Source: Pelomyxa schiedti
Lineage: Eukaryota; Protista; Evosea
Length of the DNA: 63,882 bases
Reading direction: 5' to 3'
Assembly: GCA_020536535.1 (NCBI GenBank)
Contig: JAHLWZ010000874.1
Span: forward strand, 1 to 63,882
Shown here: positions 26,101 through 37,629 of the stretch, piece after piece
Layout of the letters: the number at the start of each line of letters is the position of its first letter
How positions within the stretch are numbered: position 1 is the stretch's first letter
Position numbers and translations under genes: made by a program
Notes under the pieces: model-generated
The model's database searches: none
What the model saw: only the letters and a program-made list of their open reading frames with translations
Told to the model about the DNA's origin: nothing

Positions 26101-26496
26101 TAAAAAAAAATTGCATGCACCCTATCCCAAAAATGTAAATAATGGTAGTTGGTGCCATTTTTCATACTGCAAATGTGACGGTGATAGCCGCAACAAAAAA
26201 GTAGAAATGCACAGCGCTGCACACTTCCTGCACACCACGTGACCACAACAAAGTCCAACAAAAACGCCCACTGTGCCGCTTGGCCCATCGCCCTTGCAAC
26301 GCGAAATAACAAGACCAGTGTTGGGTGGTGACACAGTGCTAGCAGCAGTCGCACTCGTAGTAGCGGTTGTAGATCCTGGCTGGCCGGTGTCTGGCTTCCC
26401 GTCGGTGACCGCGCTGTGCCGATTTAGATCTAGATCTGCCTGGTCCCAGTGCTGCAGCTGCTGTGCCGTGAGACAACAACAACTGCACGTTGTCAT
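23161..26496 (-). CDS. TRIM-like protein: split RING, two B-boxes, coiled coil, IPT/TIG repeats, C-terminal glycine-rich domain
   Basis: LCCGHVVCRKC...CMKC; CISCNESATILCETC..LCDKCW..H..H; CELHDNEKRKLFCLTDLHPICTMC; TIG-like EGIGTGYDV..FSYQ; WGGGGAGG..GGAGG..VTVGKGG glycine-rich domain. Confidence 0.75.
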
Positions 26497-26618
26497 TACT
26501 TCCCGGTTGACGTGCCGAACTGGTTGATTGAGTTCGTTAATAACGCAAAAGAACAGATTTACAGTTTTTTTTTCACTCTTAGTTTTGTTTAGTTTTCCTG
26601 TCTATGGTGTGTGGTGTA

Positions 26619-29226
26619 TTTACAGCTGTGCATCAGTGAACTGTGCAAAAAGGGATTGCGTGTCACGGATCACAGGTTGATTGTACATAGATATCTACAA
26701 GGCTGTTGGAATTGGAAGGGAACAGTGCAACGTGGAATACATACCAGTTGTTGTATGGTTATGTGTGGAGCATTAAACATTTCAAGGGGAGGGGCTTTTT
26801 GGCACAACTTCAAGAGGTTTGATATGCTTGGGTGGTCGGCAAAATCCTCTTCCTTATTCAGAGGTGCCTACTCTGTGTTGGCCTTCGTTTGTTTGTGTAA
26901 AAAGGGTTATCGTACTCTAGCTATGGCTGCAAGAAGGACTTGACTTGTTTCGTCTTTCTCTGCGATAATGATATTTGAGGGGCCGCCTGTGGGTAGAGCT
27001 GCTGTAATGTTGGCTGGAAGTAACATTCGAGCAAGGCCGGAGGCAGTTGGGGGGGAATTGGCAGGTGGATTAGAAGTTTCGGCAGCTGTGAAGGCATTCA
27101 GTGATGTGCCAGTTGAAGTTGTTTGTGATTGGTGTGCCCCTGATAAAACTGGGTCAACAAAAGGCTTGATGCCTGACATCTGAAGTTACATTTAATGTTG
27201 GATCTCGTTGTTTTTTTTTTCCCATGTCATACTTTGTCCCCTCCCAAACTGCTACTCCGGGAGCGAGTAATTGGTTGCATTGAAGCCTCCACTTCCTAGT
27301 ATGTGTTACTTTTCTTTTGCGAGAGTGGATGGATACCTTGCTACTTGTCATTTTTGGCTGTAAAAAGGGCTGGGATTGATTACTGAGATTAAAAATTGAG
27401 GTATAATCGACTGGTGATGTGGCAAGAATCTTTTGTATTGGCTCCACCGGGTAATTCGGAGTTAAAAAGGCTGGAATTCCAAGACCAAGGCTATTAGGAG
27501 TAATGTGGCTTGGACTTGTGTTATGTGTGGTATCAACATTGACTGCAGGAACATCAATTGGTACGGACACAGGCTTAGTATATGAAACAGATGTATTGCT
27601 TTTTGTGTGATATAATGTCTGGAGTTAGTGCTTCATAACGTGAAAAAGTGGGAAGTACGGAGGTTGTTGCCCTGGGGGAAGTATGGAGACCAAGGATGGT
27701 GCTGGTACGCTTGAACTTGAACTCCCCAAAGGTGTGGGAACGGGTGGTTGTGCTTGGTTGTGTGTTGATGCTGTAACTGGGTCAGAAGAATTTGAAGGGT
27801 TTGTTTGCGTCGTATTGACTGATGCAATTGTAGGAGTGTCTATCACCTGGGCTACTTGGTATGACTCATGCTGGCGGGGAGATGGCTCGTTTGATTGGGT
27901 TTGAGGTTGCAGTTGTAAAGGTCCATTATGCGGTTGGGGTTGCTGTTGCTGTTGTGGTTGTGGTTGCATTTGTGTCAGGGACTGTGTCAGCGCCTGCGTC
28001 TGCGACTGCGCCTGCGCCTGTGGCTGGGTCTGGGTCTGGGTTTGTGTCTGTGTCTGTGTCTGTGAGTGCGTCTGTGTCTGTGACTGTGACTGTATCTGGG
28101 TCAGCGACTGCGTCTGTGACGGCGACGGCGACGGCGAATTCGTCTGCGTCTGTGGTTGTGGCATATGCTGTGGTTGTGTTTGTGATTGTTTTTGTGTTTG
28201 TTGTGTTTGAGGCTGTTGATAATCGAGTGTTATATGCATAGTGATATCGCTCGCCAGTGTTGTCTGTTTGATGTTACTGAAGAGTTACGGCTTGATATTT
28301 GTTACCTCAAATTCTTCTTCATCCCGATATGTACACTTAATTTGAAATCCACCACAGGGTGTTAATACCTGACCCATGTTTAACTTCCCATAACGTTGAT
28401 TTACAGAAGTGGGTGAAGACTTTGCTGACACTTCTAATGACTGTTCTAAAGTGCACTTGCTTGTCAAGTTGCTTCGAATTTTACGGTGGAGGAGGAAAGC
28501 AGGGAGCATTCTTGTGAACGAATGCAGAGCGCGCATTAATATAGTGAAATTACGATACAGGTTCATGAATTCATCTTCAGGGGAACACCTGCGGATTAAA
28601 AGTTAATGGAGAAAAAGTTAAATCACATCAAAGTTTTATTTTGGGAAGTTCTCGTGATACAAACTTATCTGGCCTGAATTTTAGCTTCCACACCTCAAGG
28701 ACAGGGATGTAATTGTGAGGAACAATTATTCCTTTCTCGGAGAGAACTGAAGGTGGTACTTTGAACGAAATCGTGATTTTTACATCCAAAGTGTGTGCTG
28801 TCCAGCCTTCTGGAAGTTCGGGCATTTTATACAACTCATATTCTGGCATGGTAAGATTGAACTGCCGACTTAGTGGTGGGTTTGCTTGAAATGGAGTACG
28901 GCTACAACAAAAACTTGCACCACAGCAAGAGCACCAACTCCAAACATTTAAAACAAAAGCAAAACAAGAAAAAGCCTAACCATTTCATCATCACTCTTTG
29001 GGACCTTTGGCAAACTGGTCAACCTTTCTCTAATCACACACCGCGACTGCAATATCATCTGCACACACCTCCCAAAAGTGCACCCCAGTACCCACTGCGT
29101 CTTCCTCGCCTCCAGGCTCACACTCCCACTACCACCTCCATTCCCATTCCCATTCCCGCTCGGCGGTGACGATCCCGGTGACGTAGTTGTCGTGTTTCCG
29201 CTGCTTCCGCCCACCGCCTGCCGCAT
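26619..29226 (-). CDS. ATG13: Autophagy protein ATG13
   Basis: HORMA motifs QMILQSR, FNL, LEVWKL, LYRNFTILMRALHSFTRMLPAF, IKCTYR; disordered Q/T-rich middle; C-terminal ISNLLKLCQKAPPL Atg1/ULK-binding-like motif. Confidence 0.85.
27940..28210. repeat. Coding hexamer microsatellite-like tract ((TGTGTC)n-like; QT/QS/QP repeats in ATG13)
   Basis: tgtgtctgtgtctgtgtc..., encoding QTQTQTQ on the minus strand. Confidence 0.8.
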
Positions 29227-29373
29227 CGTCACCAGTGGTTTGTCTGTTTTTTTTTTTTTTTTTTGTTTATTAACAGAAAGAAGCAGGCGTGTCATTCACC
29301 TGTCAACTTTTTTTTTTTGAAAAAAACCGGTGCTCATTCGAAGTGACAGTGTGGAGTATGCATAGGGATTCCC

Positions 29374-30856
29374 CTAGTGGTTGTTGGTTTTTGTTTGTGT
29401 TGGCCTGGCTGTAGCAGTTGATGTGGCTGGTTTCGGTGTTGATTCAGGTCTCCTGACCGACGATGTGGTTGTTGGTTGTGGTGCCTTGCTGCTGTGCGCC
29501 CCCGTGTTGCTCGTTGTTTTGCCGGACGAGGGCGGCGGCGGCGCTCCCGTCCTTGCTGTAGCAACCTTGGCGCCAGTCGTGGATGTGTGTGTTGGTGTGG
29601 GTGTGGGTGTGGATGTGGATGTCGAAGCCGCCGTCTTGACCGTGGTCGAGGTTGTCCTGGCCGGTGCCAGCGCGGCGCCGTGGCCGGTCGTGGGCTTGCC
29701 GGTTGCTGTTCTGTTTGCCCCCCTGGCTAGCCCATTTGCTGGGGTGGCCGTCCGGAGAAGGGGCCTTTGGCCTGGTCTTGGTGCCGCGGCCTTTGTTGTG
29801 GGAGTGGCAGTAGGTTGTGGTGGCGGTGGTGCTGTTGCTGTTGCTGTTTTTACAGAGGTGGCTGGTGCTGTGGGTTGAGGGGGCGGTCTGGGTTCCGGGC
29901 TTTCAGTTACCTCGGACAGCGGTGTGGCATTGGCCTCCGCGTCTGAAACCATTTGCTCAAATGATACAGCTTCCATGACTTTTAAGGGGTGCTCTTCCAA
30001 GGCAAGGCCAGTTGGGAGACGTGGTGTGGGTGGGGGTGCCAGTTTGCTTTCAGGAGTTGTGGGGGCACTTGATCGTGGGGTTGAAGGTCTTTCGTTCTTA
30101 CCTGCTGCCTGTAACAGTGGAGGGAGAAAAAGGGAAAGTTAGGCGAAAGAGTTAGCCCAGGTTTCTTTGTGAGTGAGGTTAGATGTAAGTTCGAGCAACG
30201 CCAAAGTTAGTTGGTGTGTTTGGCAGCGGTGGGTGTACCCTGGCAATGAGAGCCTGTTTTCTGCGCTGTTCTGCCTCCTCCAGCTCTCTCTCAATGTCAT
30301 CCCTCGTTTTGTGCGGCGTAAGGGTGGCGTTCTCGAGTCTCTCCTTCGCCTTGGAGCGTCGCGACGTCGGAGGCCTGAAGTCATCATCCAGCGGTATCTC
30401 GAATGCGATGGGCTTCCTCGGTATCACCGGCTCGTCGTCCACAGCCTGCTGCTGTTGCGTAGCTGCCGCCGCCGTCGCGGTCGCCCTCGGCTGCGGCTGG
30501 TGATGTTGGTGGCCCTGTTGCTGCCTCGGAGCAGTGGAACCAACAGACGAGGCGGGCGTGGGAGGTGCCAGTTTGGAAGCCGAACGCGAGGCATGAGAAG
30601 TCGACGACGACGAGGAGGAGGAAGAGGGCGTGGACGTGGACGCACCGCTGCCACTGCGAGACGACGACGATGTGCGAGATGATGACCCGCCGCTTTGCGC
30701 GGGGGCCGTCGACACGCGGGCGGGCTGGGGTTGCTGTGTCCTCGATGTGGCCGCGGTACTTCGCGAGAGTGACGACGAAGATGTGGCGGCGGTGGAGGTG
30801 TGTGTCGTGGATCTAGTGGGTGCAGAGGAGGGAGGGGGTAACCGAGATGCACTCAT
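29374..30856 (-). CDS. Stathmin-like domain protein with S/T/P-rich flanks
   Basis: KPIAFEIPLDD...KTRDDIERELEEAEQRRK resembles stathmin AFELIL...SLEEIQKKLEAAEERRK; one GT-AG intron ~30114-30236. Confidence 0.65.
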
Positions 30857-31238
30857 TACGTATATCCGGCAATACAAACAAACGGGGGTTGTTGCTCTGG
30901 TTAGTTTCTCGTGTGTGCGTATCCAACAGTGTTTTTGTTTGGGGAAAAAAAAAATACGAAACCAAAAAAAAGCAAAAGCGCAGAAGGGACCACGATCTGT
31001 TGCTGAGAAAAAGTTTTGTTGTTTGAGAAAAAGAAATTGCAGTTGCAACTTGGGTTAATCACGACGACCATGCAGGCGACGCCTGGCGCTTCAATTTTCA
31101 CAAATGTGTTCGTGTTGGTATGATTCAACCGTTTTTTTTACAACTTGTTGCCAAGATCTACGCGTGGTTTGTCTGGCATTTCCAACCTTTTTTTTTTTTT
31201 TTTTAGAAGTCGTTGTCATCGCCGGGTACCGTAGTGAG

Positions 31239-34200
31239 ATGGGCAATGTATGCGGTTGGGCAAAAGGAGACAGTGCACTCGCCAGTAACTTCGCAGTCGA
31301 CTCCTTTGTCCCCTGGAACCTCCTCGTTTTCTGCTCTAGGAGGTTGTTTTTTTGTTTTTTTTTTCCCCACTCTAGAAGTTCCCTCATGTAAAAATGCATC
31401 CAGGAGTTGCACTGGATCCGATATTTACTACTTTTGTGAGGCTTGTTTCGAAGGGTGTTGCTTGCACGTGGCGTTGGAGTGATGACCACTCTCCTGCGCT
31501 GAGTGACAGCTTTCATTCAGCGTGCCTGTGGGGGGGACAGAGATGTTCTGCGAAGGAATTATGGATCTTTCAATGTGACGTTTCAACTTCATCAAGCACA
31601 ACCCCTTGTTCTTCTGCGCCATCTTACCTTACTTACCTCGAGCCGATGTTGACTTTAGTATCTCAAGGCTGCTGGGTACCATCATCATCACCACCGTTCC
31701 TCACTTCCTTGTTATTTTCAGCACTACAAAATCAAATTCAGAGGTACACCCTTTCACACTCGGCACTTAATCACTAAGAAATCACTCAGAGTAATGCACG
31801 CTAATTCATTTATTCGACTGGGTGAATCCTTTGTTCACAGGCCGTTACACACTCGAAACATTCAGTCCTCAATGTATGTCCTGTCCTTTATCTCCCCTTT
31901 TTAATTGCTCTGCATAAAGTCCAGATAAAGAGAAAACGATGTGTTCATATCAGTTCTCTTTTTTTTTGGCTGGATTTTGTGTTTGTCTGCATGTCGTAGT
32001 GGAACGCAAAAGAATTTGGCCCATCTCTTTAAATGATTTTGATGAGAAAACTTCTCAAGCCAACAGGTTTCATCACAAGTACCGACCAGGTACTCATTCT
32101 CTATGGACAATCTCTATCCCAATGCACGCAGGGCCAATCTTTCTTTACAAAAAAATACAGTCATCACTTTTCCGCATGCTCTTATCGGGGAACTACGTGG
32201 ATGGTCAGAGGGCTCAGTAGCAATACAAACAGCCCAGCAGTGGACAAACCTGTTAAATCTCGACCCTCCTCTGGATGCACGGCAACCCACGGACATGGAT
32301 TCATCTTATCACATTATGCACACTGAATTGTCTGAGTCACCTTCTCAGCTCCCTGCTTTGTATTCAGCGGCACCTTTTTCTCCTCCAACGGGCACACGAG
32401 TCACAATAGGTTCAACTACTTTTGGATATCCCGCTGAGTGCGTTCTTGTGTACGTGCCACCTGTAGTTGCCACACCCCTACAACACTTCAGGTACAAAGA
32501 GTGAAATAACTACATCTCAATAACTCTTGGTCAGGAAGAAGCTTGCCATTCTCACAGAACTTCCTGCTGCTCTTCAGCTTCTTGAATTGCACAGTACTGG
32601 ACCACCAGTGCTAAAGTAACCAACTCGACTGATTTGAAACATTAACTCTTGCCATTCAGCGACACACTTATTACAAACTTCTGGAATTTCACTCCGCCAC
32701 TGACACTGGCAGTAGAGCGACAAACTGTCTTACCTGAGCAACACTCACCCCTCTATGGAAATACTGGTTTTGGTTATGGTTCTCAAATTTCAGCAACAAA
32801 TGGGACTGCGGGAATGGTGGGATCTCCCCCTCCCTCACATCAGTCCGTGGATATCACTTCACAAATAATGATGTCACCCCCAATGCTCCCAGTACTTTTT
32901 TTTTTTTTTAATCCCAAAGCTTACTCTTGCCCAGTTATCCTCAAATGCCCCTATAGAACCCATGCACCAATTTCCGCCTCCATCCTCACAAAGTCCACAA
33001 CCCAGTCGCCATCATAGGAAATCGGGAACATCAAAGAAGTTGCTTCCCTGGCTCTCAATACATTCTAACTGTTCCTTCAGACACAATACTGACAGAATTA
33101 AGTCAGAAGACTTGACTTCAAAGCCAGTTTCTATTGGGGTTGTGAAACAATCAGATAGCCCCCAAATACCCCAAACCGAGGATACCCTTTGCAAACAAAA
33201 GTCCGATGAGTCCCCAGAGTATGTTCTAATAACTTTTCTCGTTGCTTAGACTGTCAGTTTGTCCAAAAGAGAAAGAGTGGTAGATTCAACAATACAATCT
33301 CTGGACGTCACGTCACCTGTACCCTTACTTAATCTTGTTTCGGTGAGATCTAACGCTCTTTATAGGTAAACCTCCAATCCCAACCACGGAAGGTTTCAAG
33401 TCATCAAAATTTTCTTTGAGTCCCTCACTCCTTTACAGGACTACTCTGATGACAGTATCGCGAAACCAGGAAGCGAGGCTGACCTGCAACTTTGGATATC
33501 GGCAAAAACTTGTGGGCATTTTTCCTTAAACACACTGAATAACACAGCCTTAGCTACTATTCCTTCGAGTTCCCTTGGCAACTCAACACAACAGGCAGAC
33601 GGTATTAGTACTATTTCATTCACTTTCTTATCATATACCTCAGTTGTAATGATGCAAGATGAAAGCACAGCTAGTCCCGCAAACAAGATACCACAATCTG
33701 ATCCATTTTCTAATCAACTCGACACTTTAAAGCCAAATCCCTCCAGTTCCATGCCAACACCTACCCAATCTGATCTCATTCCAGAACAAGCACTCAAAAC
33801 AGCAATGGATTTTACTGAACAACCATCTTATGCCACACCCTCACCTCTGGAACCACCACGTGCACCTCCAACTCTCTTCAGTCCTTATGCCAGTCCAGTT
33901 GTACCCAGCCCAATAAAAATGAAAAAGTGTGTACTCATTATAATGTTCTCCACCATGACCCTTCTCTTGTGTAGGAAACCAGTTTCCTCTTTACCTTTCA
34001 AAGATACAGAATACCTAAAACCACCACCAAATATGACTCCCTGGCTCCCTCTCTCCTTTCAGCCACCCATACCAATAAGCCCACAGCAAGTTCTTCCAAT
34101 TAGCTACACACCAATGATCACCCCTCCTAATCTGAATAGCGAATTATCTTCCAGTGTTACACCCAAACAAAGTCATCAGTTACCAACACAATGTCTTTCA

Positions 34201-37156
34201 GTCTTGTCCTCAGCATTTCCTGGTGAAATACAAAAGCCTCATAAAATGCATGACGAACCTGAATCGGAGGAAGAAAGAACCCCCGAAGATAAAGTGGAAA
34301 TTGTTTCTTCTCGTAAGTAACAATTATGAGCATTTGGTTCTCATCTTCTTCTATTAAGCTCCGAAAACACCGGCAGTTTCAACACCTGGTTCCATCCTTA
34401 TTCCGAAAATTTCCAATGACATTTCAACAATTCTGAGCATGGTATCGAAGTGTTTGTCTCTCAGTTATAACAGAACATCTTAGTGTTCTACTTCGAGTGC
34501 TATGCTTGCCCTGATGTTGTCTGATTCAAAACAGCTTCCTGTTCTATACCCGCCTTACCTTGTGCAGAATAGTGCTCCACCCGTTGCTCAACTAGTTTTG
34601 TCCCTCGTCATCTAACAAGGAAATACAAGGAAAACAATCCACTCTTTGATGTTCTTATCCACTTCGCTCAGCATTCCTATGAAGGGCTTTCAGATGACCC
34701 TTTAGATAGCATATATCTACAGTTAGGAATGTCACATTTCGCACACAAGCGACATGCCTATCTTTCAGCATCTCATTGTTTTGACCCCGATATAAGCAAC
34801 ATGCTACTCACAGGTAACAGCAATGCAAGAAGTCTTCTAAAATAGAACTCAGAGGAACGACATCCGGGATCTCCGTTCGATATTCTTATGGACCCTCTTA
34901 CAACAAGCTCGCCACCCTCCGCTGTTTTCAATGGAATCCAGATGGCAAAGAGTTTACTGAGTGAGGCACTGGGAGGAATGGAGGGACCTCTTTTAGTGAA
35001 CCAATTTTCCAGGGGAGGAGAAGGGTATTCCATCTAACAGTTGTAGAATTGAACTTATATCTCGTTAACCAGCTTAGAGGAGCTAGCGCCTGCCCTAATG
35101 GTTGTTGGATACAAAGACGAATGCCTACAGATCCACCCTCACTTGGTACCACTGTGGGAAAAGGTCGACTGCCCTCCTGCATAAATCAGTTTAACCTCTC
35201 CACAGCTTCAGTTTGAGCCGTTTTCACCACGAAAGAACGTCACTTACTATGTTTTATGTCCCGACAACTCTGCAATACTGCCACAGATAAGAAGTTTCTT
35301 CAGGAATCTTAGCTGCACTTACGAAGTATTCTCCTTTGTGATACTTATCAATAGTTGTGACAACACTAGACATGCAACTTGGGCACTCACACGCCCTCAA
35401 CTCTTTTTTCTGATGGGCTGGTCCTTGTCGCCCAAGAACTCCAAAATGGTGTGGTAATAAAATCAGTTTTCTTTTCCAACAACATGCAGGAAAGCCTGCT
35501 CCTCATTCACATAGTTCTTTCAGTGATGCTGCCAGAAACCTTTGTAATATATATCATTTCTTTCCCTCAATGAAATAACTGCAATACTCAGCACAAAAAA
35601 TTATGGCCCAGAGAACCTTCTCAGAAAATATTTGCAATGTTGTCTATATAGTCAATCCTTTCTTGTACACTTCGTCTGTGCATACGTTGCAAGTTTTGTG
35701 CAAACTGATGATGGATGTGACGTCCCACACCTCTTCCCAAAAAATGAACATCAGCATTTCTGTCCAAGTGTGCATGCATTCTCTGAATCAATTCGCTGGA
35801 GCGCTGACAAACATTTATAGAGCATACCCATTCTTCAGATTCTAAATGAAGAAGCAATACTTCCCCTTCTCAAGGAGATTTCATTTGCCGTCTACAATCG
35901 GGCAAGACGTTGCTATTCATACCAGTCAGAACCTACCCCGATACTGAAGAAGCACACCCGTGACCCCAACAAGTGCTCGATTTATTCATTCTTTGAACCT
36001 TCTGTTGTTTTGCTCCCTGTGGTTGGCACAAACCAAATGAATCCACAATCGCAACAAGACACAAACCAATCCAGACCACTGCTGCAGTATCATCAGTGCC
36101 CCTTCCTGCATGACGAGCATGTACTGCACATTTGCTATATGTATTCAGGTATTTGTTTGCTGTTGAAATTAAGTGATTGTGTCAGGACTAACACCGAGGC
36201 AGATGACGGGAAGTATATTGTAACAACAGTAACTGACAAAATTGGTGAATTACTTGAAACATGGATAGTTGTTGCAACTGGCCGCCCCACTTTCAAAGCG
36301 TTGTGGTTGAGATGTGTGGATATGATGCACGCCACAGGTTATAAAGGCTGGGCTGTTGCTTTGGAAAAATTCGGAATCATTCATATGACCGAATGGGAAG
36401 GTAAAGTTTCAATTACCGGTAATCAAAATCACTGGAATAAAGACTGGAAAGCATTGTTATATGAAGACGAGCTGACCAACTGTGAAGATCTGGTGAGGAG
36501 TATTGCAGTAGTGTCCCTTAAATTTTCTCCCTCACTGCAGACATACTCTGACGGTATGAAACTTTCACTATGTTCAGTCTTTAAGCTGTGCTTACTTGAA
36601 AGGTGTGGATGTTCTCAAAAACTCAACCTGGGTTTTCTTCCCTGCCGCCCCTCTGGAGTACTCTCTCGATGCCAATTCACCAGTTCCTCTATGTTCCGGG
36701 TAGATACAGTTCTATGCAAGTGTTATCTTCTCATACTGTCCAAATAGATTTGTGATATCCCCTCCAATCCCTTTCCCGACTCCAATGCAAAGTGGGCCAG
36801 GTTGGCCTCTTACGTATATGGTACAATTTTTCCAGGTTTACCCATAGGCTTACTCCTTGTTATTGTAAGGTTTCCCTGATCGCTTTGATCTTTCCCAAAT
36901 CAGTGGAGAAAAGGGGAAATACTCACATAGCTCTACAATGCATTACGAGGCAACTGCATGCCCTTTCATGGTTGACTGCAACACCGCTTTTCCCCAACAG
37001 GTTGCGTGATTTTCCTTCCAGTTCAAAGCTCACTGACCCCACCGCATTAACAGGTGTAGTGTTCTGCCGTTTCATTTCGTAATCACCAAGCGTGCTTCGC
37101 GGTTGGTGACATTCATCAACAGCAGCGATTCAGCAGTAACCGGCCTTGGGCCCTAA
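31239..37156 (+). CDS. MED13: Mediator kinase-module subunit MED13
   Basis: KELWIF, LLFSALQNQI, FEPFSPRKNVTYYVLCP, FFRNLSCTYE.CNLGTH, VVYIVNPF, VLHICY, TDKIGELLET, QLHALSWLT, LPFH. Confidence 0.88.
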
Positions 37157-37629
37157 TCAATCCAACTTCTCCTTGTACAGTACAACCATTCCATCACCAG
37201 CAATCACAGCACTCACTGCATACTACCCTATTACTCTTCTGTGAGTTGTATTGAAATAGCTGCCTCTGGGTTTGCCAGAGGAGTTTTTTTTTGAGAGCAT
37301 TCAGTCGTGTTCTCAAAATGACAATACTATCGACACCGTGTTTCTGTTTTACAGTGCCACTTTTTTGATGTTCCTCTCAATGAAGCTGCAAACCCCGACT
37401 TGACATTGGATGGCCTCTATTTTTATTTGTTTGCCGTTTAGACGAACGAGAAAAAGTTCACGTGGGTAGCACGGTGGTACGGAAACCATGGTGTGTGGCA
37501 GTACTCCCCTGCGATGACACATTAAAACCCCGGATGGGGAATAATGCAACTACTGGGGAAGGGCAGGCCGTCATTTTTCGTAAAAAATAATGGAACACAC
37601 AGGGAGACTCTTCTCCTACGCCTATACAC

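Noticed and set aside
21793-31058. Numerous long antisense or alternate-frame ORFs in the ORF track (V/A/G-rich)
   Set aside because: Shadows of GC-rich low-complexity exons on the opposite strand.
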